64,000 nucleotides of DNA, taken from assembly GCA_965116025.1 (NCBI GenBank), contig OZ220480.1:832001-896000 (forward strand). The letters are read 5' to 3'. Source of the DNA: an uncultured candidatus Porisulfidus sp. (GTDB taxonomy: Bacteria; Pseudomonadota; Gammaproteobacteria; Poriferisulfidales; Poriferisulfidaceae). How positions within the stretch are numbered: position 1 is the first letter of the stretch; the number at the start of each line of letters is the position of its first letter. Positions 1 to 9,651 of this stretch are shown here, in pieces. The position numbers and the translations under genes are program-made. The notes under the pieces were generated by a model, which made no database searches, was not told where the DNA came from, and saw only the letters and a list, made by a program, of their open reading frames with translations.

Positions 1-5
1 TCCGC

Positions 6-473
6 ATGCGCGAGACCGACCCGTGGATCTTCCGCATGCCGCTTACCGTCGTCGGGATGGCCCACGCGCTGATCACCGTCTCGATGTTCAAGAACCCAGA
101 GTACGCGCCGCACGCCACCAGCCTGATCTGGTGGTGGGCGATCGCGATGTTCGGCTTGCTGGTGCTTCTGGGGGCGGCCGGGAAGATCTCCGGCGGCGCG
201 CTTCGGGCCAGCACCTACGTCGCGGCGGTCCTGGCCGTCTGGGGCGCCCAGATGGTCTTCACCGAGCAACCCTCGTTCGGGGAGCTCGCCACCTACTACG
301 GCTTCTTCGCCGCCAACCTGTCCGCCGCGACCTGGATGATCGTCAGCCCGCTCCTTAGTGCAGACATGCGAAGCCAGAAGCGCGCCGTGATCATGGGGAC
401 CGGCGCGGTGTACGCCACGCTGGCGGTGATTGGGTTGCAGACCATGCAGATGATCCTGGAATCTCCGTACTGA
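6..473 (+). CDS. hypothetical multi-pass membrane protein (start may lie upstream of the window)
   Basis: 155-aa ORF with about five hydrophobic segments and GC3-rich codon usage. Confidence 0.6.
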   Translation: MRETDPWIFRMPLTVVGMAHALITVSMFKNPEYAPHATSLIWWWAIAMFGLLVLLGAAGKISGGALRASTYVAAVLAVWGAQMVFTEQPSFGELATYYGFFAANLSAATWMIVSPLLSADMRSQKRAVIMGTGAVYATLAVIGLQTMQMILESPY

Positions 474-510
474 TTCCGCATGGGGACTTCGATTTCAGGT
501 GTAAATAGCT

Positions 511-987
511 ATGCGCCCGGTGACACTTAAAGCGTTCTTCGCTTCCGCGCTTGTGGTTCTAGCGACTCCTGCAACTGCCGAGTGGGAGTTTCACCAGAAT
601 GTGGATGAAATAACTGATGAGAAACGAGAATCGGCAATCACATTTCGAGACCGGGTGGGAATAATAATTACATGTTTCAGAAGTAGTAAGGATCTGCAAG
701 CAACCGTTCACATGGGGGACTTCCTAAATACTAAATTCGACCCTGTGTCAGTAACTTACAGGGTGGACAAAGGGGCACCGGAAAATCCGACATGGAAAGC
801 TTACGATGGTAACCAGACATATAGTAGCGACTATATGGCTGAAATGTTTGCTCGCAAACTAATTACAGGGAAGGTTTTGGTGTTTCGGGCAGAGGACTAC
901 CAAGGATACGACCACACGGAAAAATTTGATTTAACTGGAGCGGCGGGACCCATCAGGAAAGTGTTAACTGCTTGCGGGGAAAAATAG
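511..987 (+). CDS. hypothetical secreted protein
   Basis: Signal peptide ending ATA|EW; globular 158-aa protein; its stop abuts the next ATG. Confidence 0.65.
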   Translation: MRPVTLKAFFASALVVLATPATAEWEFHQNVDEITDEKRESAITFRDRVGIIITCFRSSKDLQATVHMGDFLNTKFDPVSVTYRVDKGAPENPTWKAYDGNQTYSSDYMAEMFARKLITGKVLVFRAEDYQGYDHTEKFDLTGAAGPIRKVLTACGEK

Positions 988-1521
988 ATGCTCACTCGTA
1001 CTTTTTTAACTAGTACATTTGTTGCCTCGACCTTGCTCGTGGGTTGCTATCCGCGCCTTGCTGATGTTGAGCCTTACACGCCACCTCCTGGGCAAGTATG
1101 CGAAGAGGAACTGACTACAGTCGTGGGCGATTTCGGGGAAAGGCTTAAAGGTCGGCGGGTGCGGTGTCGCGATGTCGCTCCGAGGTCACCGAAGGAGGCG
1201 GACAACTCGTTAGCGGACTCGGTGGCGGGGATGGCAAGCGAGACGCGGGACGAAATGATTGAATCGATGAGAGATCTCGAAGAGAAGTTGTTCGAGATAT
1301 TCACGAATGAATGCTTACCCTATGAAGATGGCCCGCGTTGGTGCCAACGAGTTTTTGACAGATGGGCGCAATTAGATCCTCCGATCCGAAAAACTGATCC
1401 CAATCTGTACGATTTTGCATGGTGGCGCGAGCAGGAGCGGCGATCTCGGATGTGGCAAGCATCCACAGTACTCGGGTATGAACTCACGGCGGAGTTGATG
1501 ATCCGGGGGGAGTTCGAATAA
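988..1521 (+). CDS. hypothetical lipoprotein
   Basis: Lipobox LVGC after a hydrophobic stretch; translationally coupled to 511..987. Confidence 0.55.
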   Translation: MLTRTFLTSTFVASTLLVGCYPRLADVEPYTPPPGQVCEEELTTVVGDFGERLKGRRVRCRDVAPRSPKEADNSLADSVAGMASETRDEMIESMRDLEEKLFEIFTNECLPYEDGPRWCQRVFDRWAQLDPPIRKTDPNLYDFAWWREQERRSRMWQASTVLGYELTAELMIRGEFE

Positions 1522-2071
1522 TGGCCATGTTCTGTTGGAGGCGGAACATGGGATGCGCTGGTGCCGGGCGACCGTTCCCATTTGGCAGGGAGAGCATGAG
1601 TGGTTGCAGACGATCTGGGGGCGGTGACCAAACCATAATGGCCACAGCCATTGAGTTCCCCGAGATTAAGCGGGAGCGATCAGGCGGTAGAACAGCCCTC
1701 AGTGTGGAGGCCAGGGTACGTTCGCGGCATGTATGACGGGAAGTAGATTGCAGCATGAAGGGTTACCCTGTACCGCTTCCGGCCCTATACCTGAAGGCGT
1801 GCATTGATCATCACTCATGTGTAATCGCCCGGCGCATCGACAGTGCGAGGCTGGAACACCGCTCGCTATGAGGAATGGATCAAGTGCCATAAAGTTGGCT
1901 TCGCGGCGGGATGCGTCTAAATGCAACGCGGTGTTCTATGCGCTATAAGCGTTTGTCCGCAACGGCTGGCTACGTAAAGAATCTGGGCGTAGTCATCAGC
2001 ATTATTGGAATGATCTTGGCGTACACATTGAAACTCCTTGCTTACTTGCCCGCATTGATCGGGAAGCGCAA

Positions 2072-2473
2072 GTGAACGAGACGGCAACAACGCGCTGTAC
2101 GCAATGGCGCGAGGCGTTAACTGCCGCCGCGAAGCAGGCAGATGACGTGGGTGAGGTAGCGGCGACCGATAATCAAGTTTGGTCTTTGGCTGATCTGCTC
2201 CGGTGGCTGTTCGAGAAGCAGGGTGATCAAGATTATGACCCGGCGGTGGAAGTTAAGGCGGAGTGGGAGGACGGATTGAAGCTGGAGACGGCTAGTGAGG
2301 TGGTTGACCAGTTGAAGATGACCGAGGAGATGGCCGACCAAATCGCCGAGTTGGAAGAGGTGGCGGCAGAGTTGGAGGACGATGTGGCCCCGCCGCGTAA
2401 AGAGAAAGGTGGTTGGGGCTTTTGGTTGGCGGTGCTCGCGAGCATGATCGTCCTAATAGCGGTATTTGGATGA
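2072..2473 (+). CDS. hypothetical acidic protein with C-terminal membrane anchor
   Basis: Acidic helical body and a C-terminal hydrophobic segment. Confidence 0.45.
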   Translation: MNETATTRCTQWREALTAAAKQADDVGEVAATDNQVWSLADLLRWLFEKQGDQDYDPAVEVKAEWEDGLKLETASEVVDQLKMTEEMADQIAELEEVAAELEDDVAPPRKEKGGWGFWLAVLASMIVLIAVFG

Positions 2474-2998
2474 TCGGGCGATTGGCGTTCGCGCTGGGCG
2501 TTCTGCTCGTGTGCGCGGCAGGGGCGCATGAGTTCGATGACTGGGATTGGTATGAAGAGATGGGGTTAGTGTGGCCGAGTGTGGAATACGTTAAGAACTG
2601 TCAACCACTCGCGGATGGTGGCTCGTATGGGGGAATGCAGGCGGCGGACGTTTGGATCAAACAAGTATCGATCTGACCGATCATGTTCTATATGGCATTC
2701 CTGAAACACACGAAGGAAAGGAACGAGATGCTAATCAAACGTGAGAGAACATGGGACTATCGGCGGAAGGATTTATATGGGTATTGGTTCGCGTGGGATA
2801 TCTTGTGACTAGGAGTGATTTGGTAGGCTGAAAGACGATGACTGACGCTATTCCCTCGTCCGGTAGCATTTCACTGTTTCCATGCGGATGCCCTGTCGTG
2901 TTCTATGGGGGTGGTATAGCGGTGTTCGCCCAGATAAACAAAGATCATTCTCGGAAGCATAGCGATCCATTCGGAACGTTTTCGCGGAGGTGTTTCGC

Positions 2999-4432
2999 AT
3001 GAACCGTCTCTATTACGGCGACTGCCTGACCGTCATGCGGGAAATGCCATCCGAAAGCGTGGATCTGATCTATTTGGACCCGCCGTTCAACTCAAATCGC
3101 GACTACAACGCGATCTACAAGGACCACACTGGGCGACCGTTGCCAGATCAGATGGAGGCGTTTCGCGACACATGGACGCTTGACGAAGAGCGGGAGCGAG
3201 CCATTCTGCGGATACCAGTCCTGATGCGCGAAGCTGGAATGGATTACGAGACGGCAGAATTCTGGCGGCTATGGATGAACGCTCTCCGCAAAACGAACCC
3301 GCGCTTGCTCGCCTATTTGTCCTATATGGTCCAGCGGCTCTTGCCCATGCTTGGGATCCTCAAACCGACCGGAAGCCTGTATCTGCATTGCGACCCGACG
3401 GCTAGCCATTACATCAAGGTCATGTTGGACGCGGTGTCCGGACACAAACGATTCCAAAACGAATTCATCTGGTATTACTCGGGCGGCGGCGCATCGAAAA
3501 AGCGATGGGCGCGCAAGCACGATGTCATTTTGCTCTACACGAAAGGGAATACATGGACGTTCAACGCGGATGCCGTGCGCGTTCCGCACAAGTGGAAATC
3601 CGGGCAGTTGCGGGCGGATGGCTCCGAAAGAGATCACGAGAAAGGGAAGCTCGCCGATGACGTTTGGCAGCATCACTATGTGATGCCTTGGGCGAAAGAG
3701 CGTCTCGGCTATTCCACGCAAAAGCCACTCGCGCTCTTGGAGCGGCTTATCACCGCCAGTTCCAACCCCGGCGACATGGTGCTCGACCCGTTCTGCGGTT
3801 GCGCGACGGCCATTGAGGCGGCGCACAGTCTTGGCCGGCGCTGGATTGGAATCGACAACTCTATTCATGCTATAAAACGTGTCGCGAAAATTCGGCTGGA
3901 GGAGCGACTCAAGCTTGTCGAGAGCGAGGATTTCGCTATTGAGGGGATTCCGCGAAATGTGGAGGGTGCGCGCGACTTGTGGGAGCGCGACAAATATCAT
4001 TTTCAGAAATGGGCGGTCGAGCAAGCGGATGGGTTCGTCACGACGCGCCGTTCGGGCGACGGCGCGATTGACGGGCGGCTTTACTTCGCGGAGCCGGGCC
4101 GCCGCGACCTTCACTCCATGGTGCTGGAGGTGAAGGGTGGGGCGAATGTCGGTGATGATGTCGCGCGCGACCTTCGAGGCGTGCTGGAGCGTGACGACGC
4201 GTCTATGGCCGGCTTGATCGTTATGGACGATCCGGGGACGCGAGAGCGAGCGAATTTCGCCCAAGAAATGGCGGCGGTCGGAGATCTTGATATATTAGGC
4301 GTTCCATATCCTCGCATGCAACTGTTGACGGTTTCGGAGATACTGGATGGGCGGCGATTCAACACGCCGGGCGTCGTTGGGCAAAGTTCGGGGCAAGGGA
4401 GTTTGCCGCTCTCGTCTGACGCGGCGAAGTGA
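2999..4432 (+). CDS. N6/N4 DNA methyltransferase (beta class) with C-terminal restriction-endonuclease-like domain
   Basis: Catalytic motif YLDPPF precedes SAM motif LDPFCGCAT; TQKP present; C-terminal DGAIDG...LEVK resembles PD-(D/E)xK; ATG at 2999 preferred. Confidence 0.88.
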   Translation: MNRLYYGDCLTVMREMPSESVDLIYLDPPFNSNRDYNAIYKDHTGRPLPDQMEAFRDTWTLDEERERAILRIPVLMREAGMDYETAEFWRLWMNALRKTNPRLLAYLSYMVQRLLPMLGILKPTGSLYLHCDPTASHYIKVMLDAVSGHKRFQNEFIWYYSGGGASKKRWARKHDVILLYTKGNTWTFNADAVRVPHKWKSGQLRADGSERDHEKGKLADDVWQHHYVMPWAKERLGYSTQKPLALLERLITASSNPGDMVLDPFCGCATAIEAAHSLGRRWIGIDNSIHAIKRVAKIRLEERLKLVESEDFAIEGIPRNVEGARDLWERDKYHFQKWAVEQADGFVTTRRSGDGAIDGRLYFAEPGRRDLHSMVLEVKGGANVGDDVARDLRGVLERDDASMAGLIVMDDPGTRERANFAQEMAAVGDLDILGVPYPRMQLLTVSEILDGRRFNTPGVVGQSSGQGSLPLSSDAAK

Positions 4433-4528
4433 TGAAGGCGCGGACATGAATAGCCATCCGCTCCAAGTAACGCTTGATGGCGCGAATGTTCCGAAGAAGG
4501 CGATAGTGGATGGCCTCGACATCATCGT

Positions 4529-4801
4529 ATGAGAGTTGCAGCGAAGGTGGTGGTCTTGCTGGTGGCTGGCTTGCTCGCCGGGTGTGGTGGAGCCCCGTTG
4601 CGATCCATGCTGACTGGACATGCGGGTCACGACCTTGCGTTCCTTGAGCGAGAGCGGGACATATCCACGACGCGCATAGCGACTACGGAGAGCGGCGTGG
4701 ATTACGCCATGCAGCGAAGCCGCCTCGACGAAATACGCCGGCTTGAGGTGGAAATATTGAAGCGTTGCGAGAAGAAGGGTGGGCCGGGGTGCCCAGAGTG
4801 A
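4529..4801 (+). CDS. small hypothetical lipoprotein
   Basis: Signal peptide with LAGC lipobox. Confidence 0.55.
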   Translation: MRVAAKVVVLLVAGLLAGCGGAPLRSMLTGHAGHDLAFLERERDISTTRIATTESGVDYAMQRSRLDEIRRLEVEILKRCEKKGGPGCPE

Positions 4802-4838
4802 CGGCGATAGTCCTGATGGTCCCCTGTCGCTCCACCCC

Positions 4839-6212
4839 TCAGTAGCCAAAAATCGCCCGCGGTAGCCAGGTGGCCAGTTCCGGCCACAGGGCGAGGATGC
4901 CGAGCGTCAGGGCCTGCAGGGCGATGAATGGGGCCACCCCACGATAAATCTGCGCCGTGGCCACGGTATCTGGAGCGACTCCGCGCAGGTAGAACAAGGC
5001 GAAGCCGAACGGCGGGGTCAGAAACGAGGTCTGCAGGTTGATCGCGATCATCACGCCGAGCCAGATCGGGTCCAGTCCCATCATCAGCAGCGCGGGGCCA
5101 ACCAGCGGCACGACCACATACGTGATCTCGATGAAGTCCAGCACGAAGCCGAGCAGGAACATCAGCAGCATGACCGCGGCCACGGCCCCGACCACTCCTC
5201 CGGGCAGTCCCGCCAGCCACTCATGCACCAACTCGTCGCCGCCGAGCCCGCGAAACACCAGCGAGAAAATCGATGCCCCGATCAATACTAGGAACACCAT
5301 GCTGGAGACGCGCGCGGTGTCTCGCGCGACCTCGCGGAGCATGGCCACGCGCACAGGCCCCACGCGGCGCGCCAGGAGGAGGCTCCCGACCGCGCCCAGC
5401 GAGGCCGCTTCCGTCGGGGTGGCGAATCCCCCTAGGATGGCGCCGAGCACGGTGACGATCAAGGCGAGCGGCGCGACCAGCGCGCCCATCGCCTCGCGCG
5501 CCCCGATCTCGGGGGCGTTGGTGCCCGGGGCGCTGGAGGGCAGGCGCTCGGGACGGCGCCAGGCGGTGAGAAGCAGGTAGGCCACGTACAGCCCTACCAG
5601 CAGCAATCCTGGAAAAATGGATCCCGCGAACAGATCCGCGACCGAAACGGTTTGCGGAGAGAAGATTCCCATATCCAACTGGGCTTTCTGGAAGGCGGAG
5701 GACATCACGTCGCCGAGCAGCACCAGCACGATCGAGGGTGGGATGATTTGGCCAAGGGTTCCAGACGCGCAGATCGCGCCGCAAGCGATGGGCGGGTCGT
5801 AGCCGCGCCGCAGCATGCTGGGCAAGGCCAGCAGGCCCAGCGTCACCACCGTCGCGCCGACGATGCCGGTGCTCGCGGCCAGCAGGACGCCCACCGCCAT
5901 GACGGAAATCCCGAGCCCTCCGGGGAGGGAGCCGCACAAGCGGCTCATCGCGTCCAGAAGGTCCTCGGCGACTCTGGAGCGTTGCAGGGTCACCCCCATG
6001 AAGATGAACAGGGGAGCCGCGATGAGGATATCGTTGGTCATTATTCCGAACACCCGGGACGGCAGCGTCAGTAGCAGGGCCGGGTCGAAGACCCCTGCCG
6101 CCGTGGCCGCCGCCGCGACCAGCAGGGAGACCCCGGCCAGCGTGAACGCGACTGGATAGCCGGCGATCAGCGCCAGCACGACCAGCCCGAACAGCGCCAG
6201 CGCCCAGTTCAT
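4839..6212 (-). CDS. dctM: TRAP transporter large permease
   Basis: GTLGQIIPPS, PTEAA and QTSFLTPPFG motifs; polytopic membrane protein. Confidence 0.93.
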   Translation of the reverse strand: MNWALALFGLVVLALIAGYPVAFTLAGVSLLVAAAATAAGVFDPALLLTLPSRVFGIMTNDILIAAPLFIFMGVTLQRSRVAEDLLDAMSRLCGSLPGGLGISVMAVGVLLAASTGIVGATVVTLGLLALPSMLRRGYDPPIACGAICASGTLGQIIPPSIVLVLLGDVMSSAFQKAQLDMGIFSPQTVSVADLFAGSIFPGLLLVGLYVAYLLLTAWRRPERLPSSAPGTNAPEIGAREAMGALVAPLALIVTVLGAILGGFATPTEAASLGAVGSLLLARRVGPVRVAMLREVARDTARVSSMVFLVLIGASIFSLVFRGLGGDELVHEWLAGLPGGVVGAVAAVMLLMFLLGFVLDFIEITYVVVPLVGPALLMMGLDPIWLGVMIAINLQTSFLTPPFGFALFYLRGVAPDTVATAQIYRGVAPFIALQALTLGILALWPELATWLPRAIFGY

Positions 6213-6724
6213 TCCGAGCGCTCCGCGAGCTGCCCGATCCGTCTGAGGATGTCAGCCAGTCCTTGGAGAATCAGCAGGCCCGACGTGATCGGAATGACGG
6301 TTTTCAGCAGATACAGGAACGGCAGTCCGCCCGTCTCGCGCGACGCCTCGCGCAGCGACCAGGCTTGTTCCGCGTAGTCGTACGACAGCCAGAGCAGCAG
6401 GCTCGCGGTAGGCAACAGCAGGAAGATTCCCCCGATCAGGTCCACCCATGCTTGGGCGCGCGGGCGGAGGGAGCGGTACAGCACGTCCATGCGCACATGC
6501 CCGTCAAGGCGTAGGGTCCAGGCGGCGGCCAGCATGAACACGGTCGCATGCAGATACGTGACTATTTCCTGCAGGTAGATCCGCCCGAACCCGAATCCAT
6601 AGCGCAGGACCACGATGGTGGCGGTCAAGAGCGCCATGACCAGAGTCAACCAGGCGACGGCCTGGCCCACGCGAGCGCACAACGCGCTCAGCGCCCGGTC
6701 AATGGCGGTCAGAAAGCCGAGCAT
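6209..6724 (-). CDS. dctQ: TRAP transporter small permease
   Basis: Four TM segments, DGHVRMD motif, 4-nt overlap with dctM. Confidence 0.9.
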   Translation of the reverse strand: MLGFLTAIDRALSALCARVGQAVAWLTLVMALLTATIVVLRYGFGFGRIYLQEIVTYLHATVFMLAAAWTLRLDGHVRMDVLYRSLRPRAQAWVDLIGGIFLLLPTASLLLWLSYDYAEQAWSLREASRETGGLPFLYLLKTVIPITSGLLILQGLADILRRIGQLAERSE

Positions 6725-7254
6725 CGGGAGTCGTCGGGGGTGGGTGCGCTATCGTACAGCATGGACTCGGGCCGGGGGCTTCGCCGAGAGGTCGTTTCGG
6801 ATAGAAATAGTGCTGTTTCCCACGGACGAGCTTCTGTTCGCGAATCTGCGAAACTTCGACGGTTTAACCCGAGAAAAGCTAGATTTAACAACCGCCCAAA
6901 AATTCTCTAGGCACTACATTCGCGGTTTTTGGTGGCAAGAATTGGATTTGTGGCGGGCGAGTCGAGCGCGGGCGACGCTAGGCCATGAACCGGGTCCATG
7001 ACTCGGCGCTTGCCACGTGCATCGTCTCGCGGATCCTTGATGAGGTCGCGGAGGCGACCTTACGGTCCTCCGTCTTCCACCTTTCGCCTGGTGGCTACGT
7101 TTTCGCGCTCATCTCGCGCGACGATCTCCGTTCCGCATCTTCCTCCACCGCCATTTCCTCGTTTTCCCGCCCGCCCGCGAACTCGCGCTCTGTATAATGC
7201 GACCAAGGCGAAACACTCCATTCTTTCAGCGAGATTCGGGAGGCTTTGGACATC

Positions 7255-7887
7255 ATGTCGCGGTCACCGGCGGACGATTTATCGAGCCATCTGGGCGACA
7301 GGACGTTTGGGACCGTATTGGCGGATCCGCTTTGGAGGTTCTCCAACCGCACGGGGAAAGTCGCTCCCGAACATCGGAGGCTATCGCGATACGACACGCT
7401 TTCCTTCGAGGAGATAGCGTCGCTTCCGGTGGCGGACCACATGGCCGACCGGGCGCATTGCTATTTATGGATCCCGAACGCGCTTCTGCCAGAAGGGCTG
7501 CATGCGCTCTCGTCTTGGGGGTTCCAATACAAAATCAATCTGATCTGGCACAAGGTGCGAAAGGATGGGGGGTCGGATGGGAGAGGGGTCGGTTTCTACT
7601 TCCGGAACGTCACGGAAATCATGCTCTTTGGAGTTCGCGGGCAAAACGCTCGCACTCTTGACGCGGGCCGAAGGCAGGTAAATCTGATCGCGAGTCGCAA
7701 GCGGGAGCATTCTCGAAAGCCCGACGAGCAATACGAGATTATCGAGAGTTGCAGTCGGGGACCCTACCTTGAGTTATTCGGGCGTGGCGCCCGCGAGAAC
7801 TGGACCGTTTGGGGGCATCAGGCCGAGCCAGACTATCAGCCCGACTGGCCGACTTACGCCCACAGCTCCGTGGGCGCGGCGCCATGA
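7255..7887 (+). CDS. MT-A70 family adenine methyltransferase (catalytic motif DPLW)
   Basis: LADPLW, YLW, REHSRKP and YLELFGR motifs; GGGAGG RBS at 7238-7243; TATAAT at 7193. Confidence 0.87.
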   Translation: MSRSPADDLSSHLGDRTFGTVLADPLWRFSNRTGKVAPEHRRLSRYDTLSFEEIASLPVADHMADRAHCYLWIPNALLPEGLHALSSWGFQYKINLIWHKVRKDGGSDGRGVGFYFRNVTEIMLFGVRGQNARTLDAGRRQVNLIASRKREHSRKPDEQYEIIESCSRGPYLELFGRGARENWTVWGHQAEPDYQPDWPTYAHSSVGAAP

Positions 7888-8070
7888 GCATGGCCGGTCT
7901 TGAGAGAAACGGCCTCGCCGCGCGGCTTCGCGGTCACTGAGGCGCGGCCGTGGCGGCGAAATCGCTATAGGCGCGAAAAGATGTCGCCGCGCGGTGCCGT
8001 CTCGGCGGATTCGGGCTCGCGCTTTCCGGCGATCATCTGATTCCATTCGCGTCGCCTGCCCGCCCCGCTC

Positions 8071-9651
8071 ATGATCCGGCTTTTCCGCTCTCTGGCCACC
8101 ACGGCGTGCATGACCTCGCTGTCCCGTCTGCTGGGCTACGCCCGCGACGCGGTGGTGTTCATCTTCATCAGCAACGCGCACGGCGCGCTCGACGCGTTTT
8201 TCGTGGCCTTCCGCATCCCGAACTTCTTGCGCCGCCTGTCCGCCGAGGGCGCGTTCTCGCAGGCGTTCGTGCCGGTGTTCGTGGAATACCGAGAGAAAAA
8301 TCCCCAGCAGCTGAGCTCTCTCATCGCCGCCACCTCCGGCGCGCTGGCGACGGTCCTGGTCGGCGTCACCGCGCTCGGCATCCTCGCGGCCCCCGCGCTG
8401 ATCATGATCTTCGCGCCAGGCTTCGCGGTGGCCGACGACCCCCGCGCCGACATCGCCAGCGACCTGCTGCGCATCACCTTCCCCTACGTCTTGTTCATCT
8501 CGCTGACCGCCATGGCGGGAAGCATGTTCAACGCGCTTGGACGCTTCGCTCTGCCCGCGATCACCCCGGCGCTGCTCAACCTGTCGCTGATCGCGGCCGT
8601 GCTGTGGTGGGCCCCGAGCCTTGAGCGTCCGGTGTACGCGCTCGCTTGGGGAGTCTTCGTCGCGGGGGTTCTGCAGCTGGCGGTTCAGTTGCCGTGGCTA
8701 CGTCGGCAAGGGTTATTGCCGCGCCCTCGGCTGGACTGGCGCCACTCTGGATTCCGCAAGGTCGCCAGGCTCATGCTGCCGGCCCTGTTCGGCTCCTCGG
8801 TGGTGCAGATCAACCTGCTGTTCGACACTCTGGTGGCCTCCTTCCTGGCGGTCGGCAGCATCAGTTGGCTGTACCTGTCGGATCGTTTCGTGGAGTTGCC
8901 CCTGGCGCTGTTCGGGGTGTCCACGGCCACGGTCTTGCTTCCGAGGCTGTCCGAGTGCAGCGCGCGCTCCGATGGGGAGGGTTTTCGGGCGGGCCTCGAG
9001 TGGGGCGTTCGAGTCGGCCTCGCGGTCGCGTTGCCGTCCACGGTCGGGCTGGCGCTCTTGGCCGAGCCGATTCTGGCGACGCTCCTGCAGTACCGCGAGT
9101 TCTCCTTGTTCGACACCCGCATGGCGGGCATGGCGTTGACCGCTTTCGCGCTCGGGCTTCCGGCCTTTATCTTGGTCAAGGTGTTCGCGCCCGGCTTCTT
9201 CGCCCATCAGGACACGCGCACTCCGGTGCGCGTTGGGGTGATCGCGATGCTGGCCAACATGGCGCTGACCGGCATCGGCACGCTCGCGTGGCTGGCCGCC
9301 GATTTGGAAGGCCCGCATGTCGCGTTGGCCTTGGCGACCGCTCTAGCCGCGTATCTGAACGCTGGACTGCTGTACCGAAAGCTGGTCGCCCGAGACGTTT
9401 ACGCCGTCAGCCGGAAGACCTCCGCGCTTCTGCTCCGCATGGGCTTGGCCTGCGCGGCCATGGCGGCCGCGCTTTGGCCGCTCGTCCCGGAAACCTTGGA
9501 ATGGACCCGCCTTGAGTTCGCTGGCCGTCTTCTGTTGCTGGTCGAGTTGATCGTTCTGGGCGCGTCCGTCTACGCGGCCGCGCTGTGGGCCTCGGGCGTT
9601 CGCGTCGGCGACTTTCGCATCCAGTCCCATTCTGGGGAGGCCGCCGCGTGA
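8071..9651 (+). CDS. murJ: lipid II flippase MurJ (MviN)
   Basis: SRLLGYARD and AFRIPNFLRRLSAEGAF motifs; upstream of ribF-ileS-lspA. Confidence 0.95.
   Translation: MIRLFRSLATTACMTSLSRLLGYARDAVVFIFISNAHGALDAFFVAFRIPNFLRRLSAEGAFSQAFVPVFVEYREKNPQQLSSLIAATSGALATVLVGVTALGILAAPALIMIFAPGFAVADDPRADIASDLLRITFPYVLFISLTAMAGSMFNALGRFALPAITPALLNLSLIAAVLWWAPSLERPVYALAWGVFVAGVLQLAVQLPWLRRQGLLPRPRLDWRHSGFRKVARLMLPALFGSSVVQINLLFDTLVASFLAVGSISWLYLSDRFVELPLALFGVSTATVLLPRLSECSARSDGEGFRAGLEWGVRVGLAVALPSTVGLALLAEPILATLLQYREFSLFDTRMAGMALTAFALGLPAFILVKVFAPGFFAHQDTRTPVRVGVIAMLANMALTGIGTLAWLAADLEGPHVALALATALAAYLNAGLLYRKLVARDVYAVSRKTSALLLRMGLACAAMAAALWPLVPETLEWTRLEFAGRLLLLVELIVLGASVYAAALWASGVRVGDFRIQSHSGEAAA

Noticed and set aside
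2072-2092. Similar starts MNETATT (2072) and MNETTTN (48447)
   Set aside because: A short, imperfect match with no extension; probably chance.
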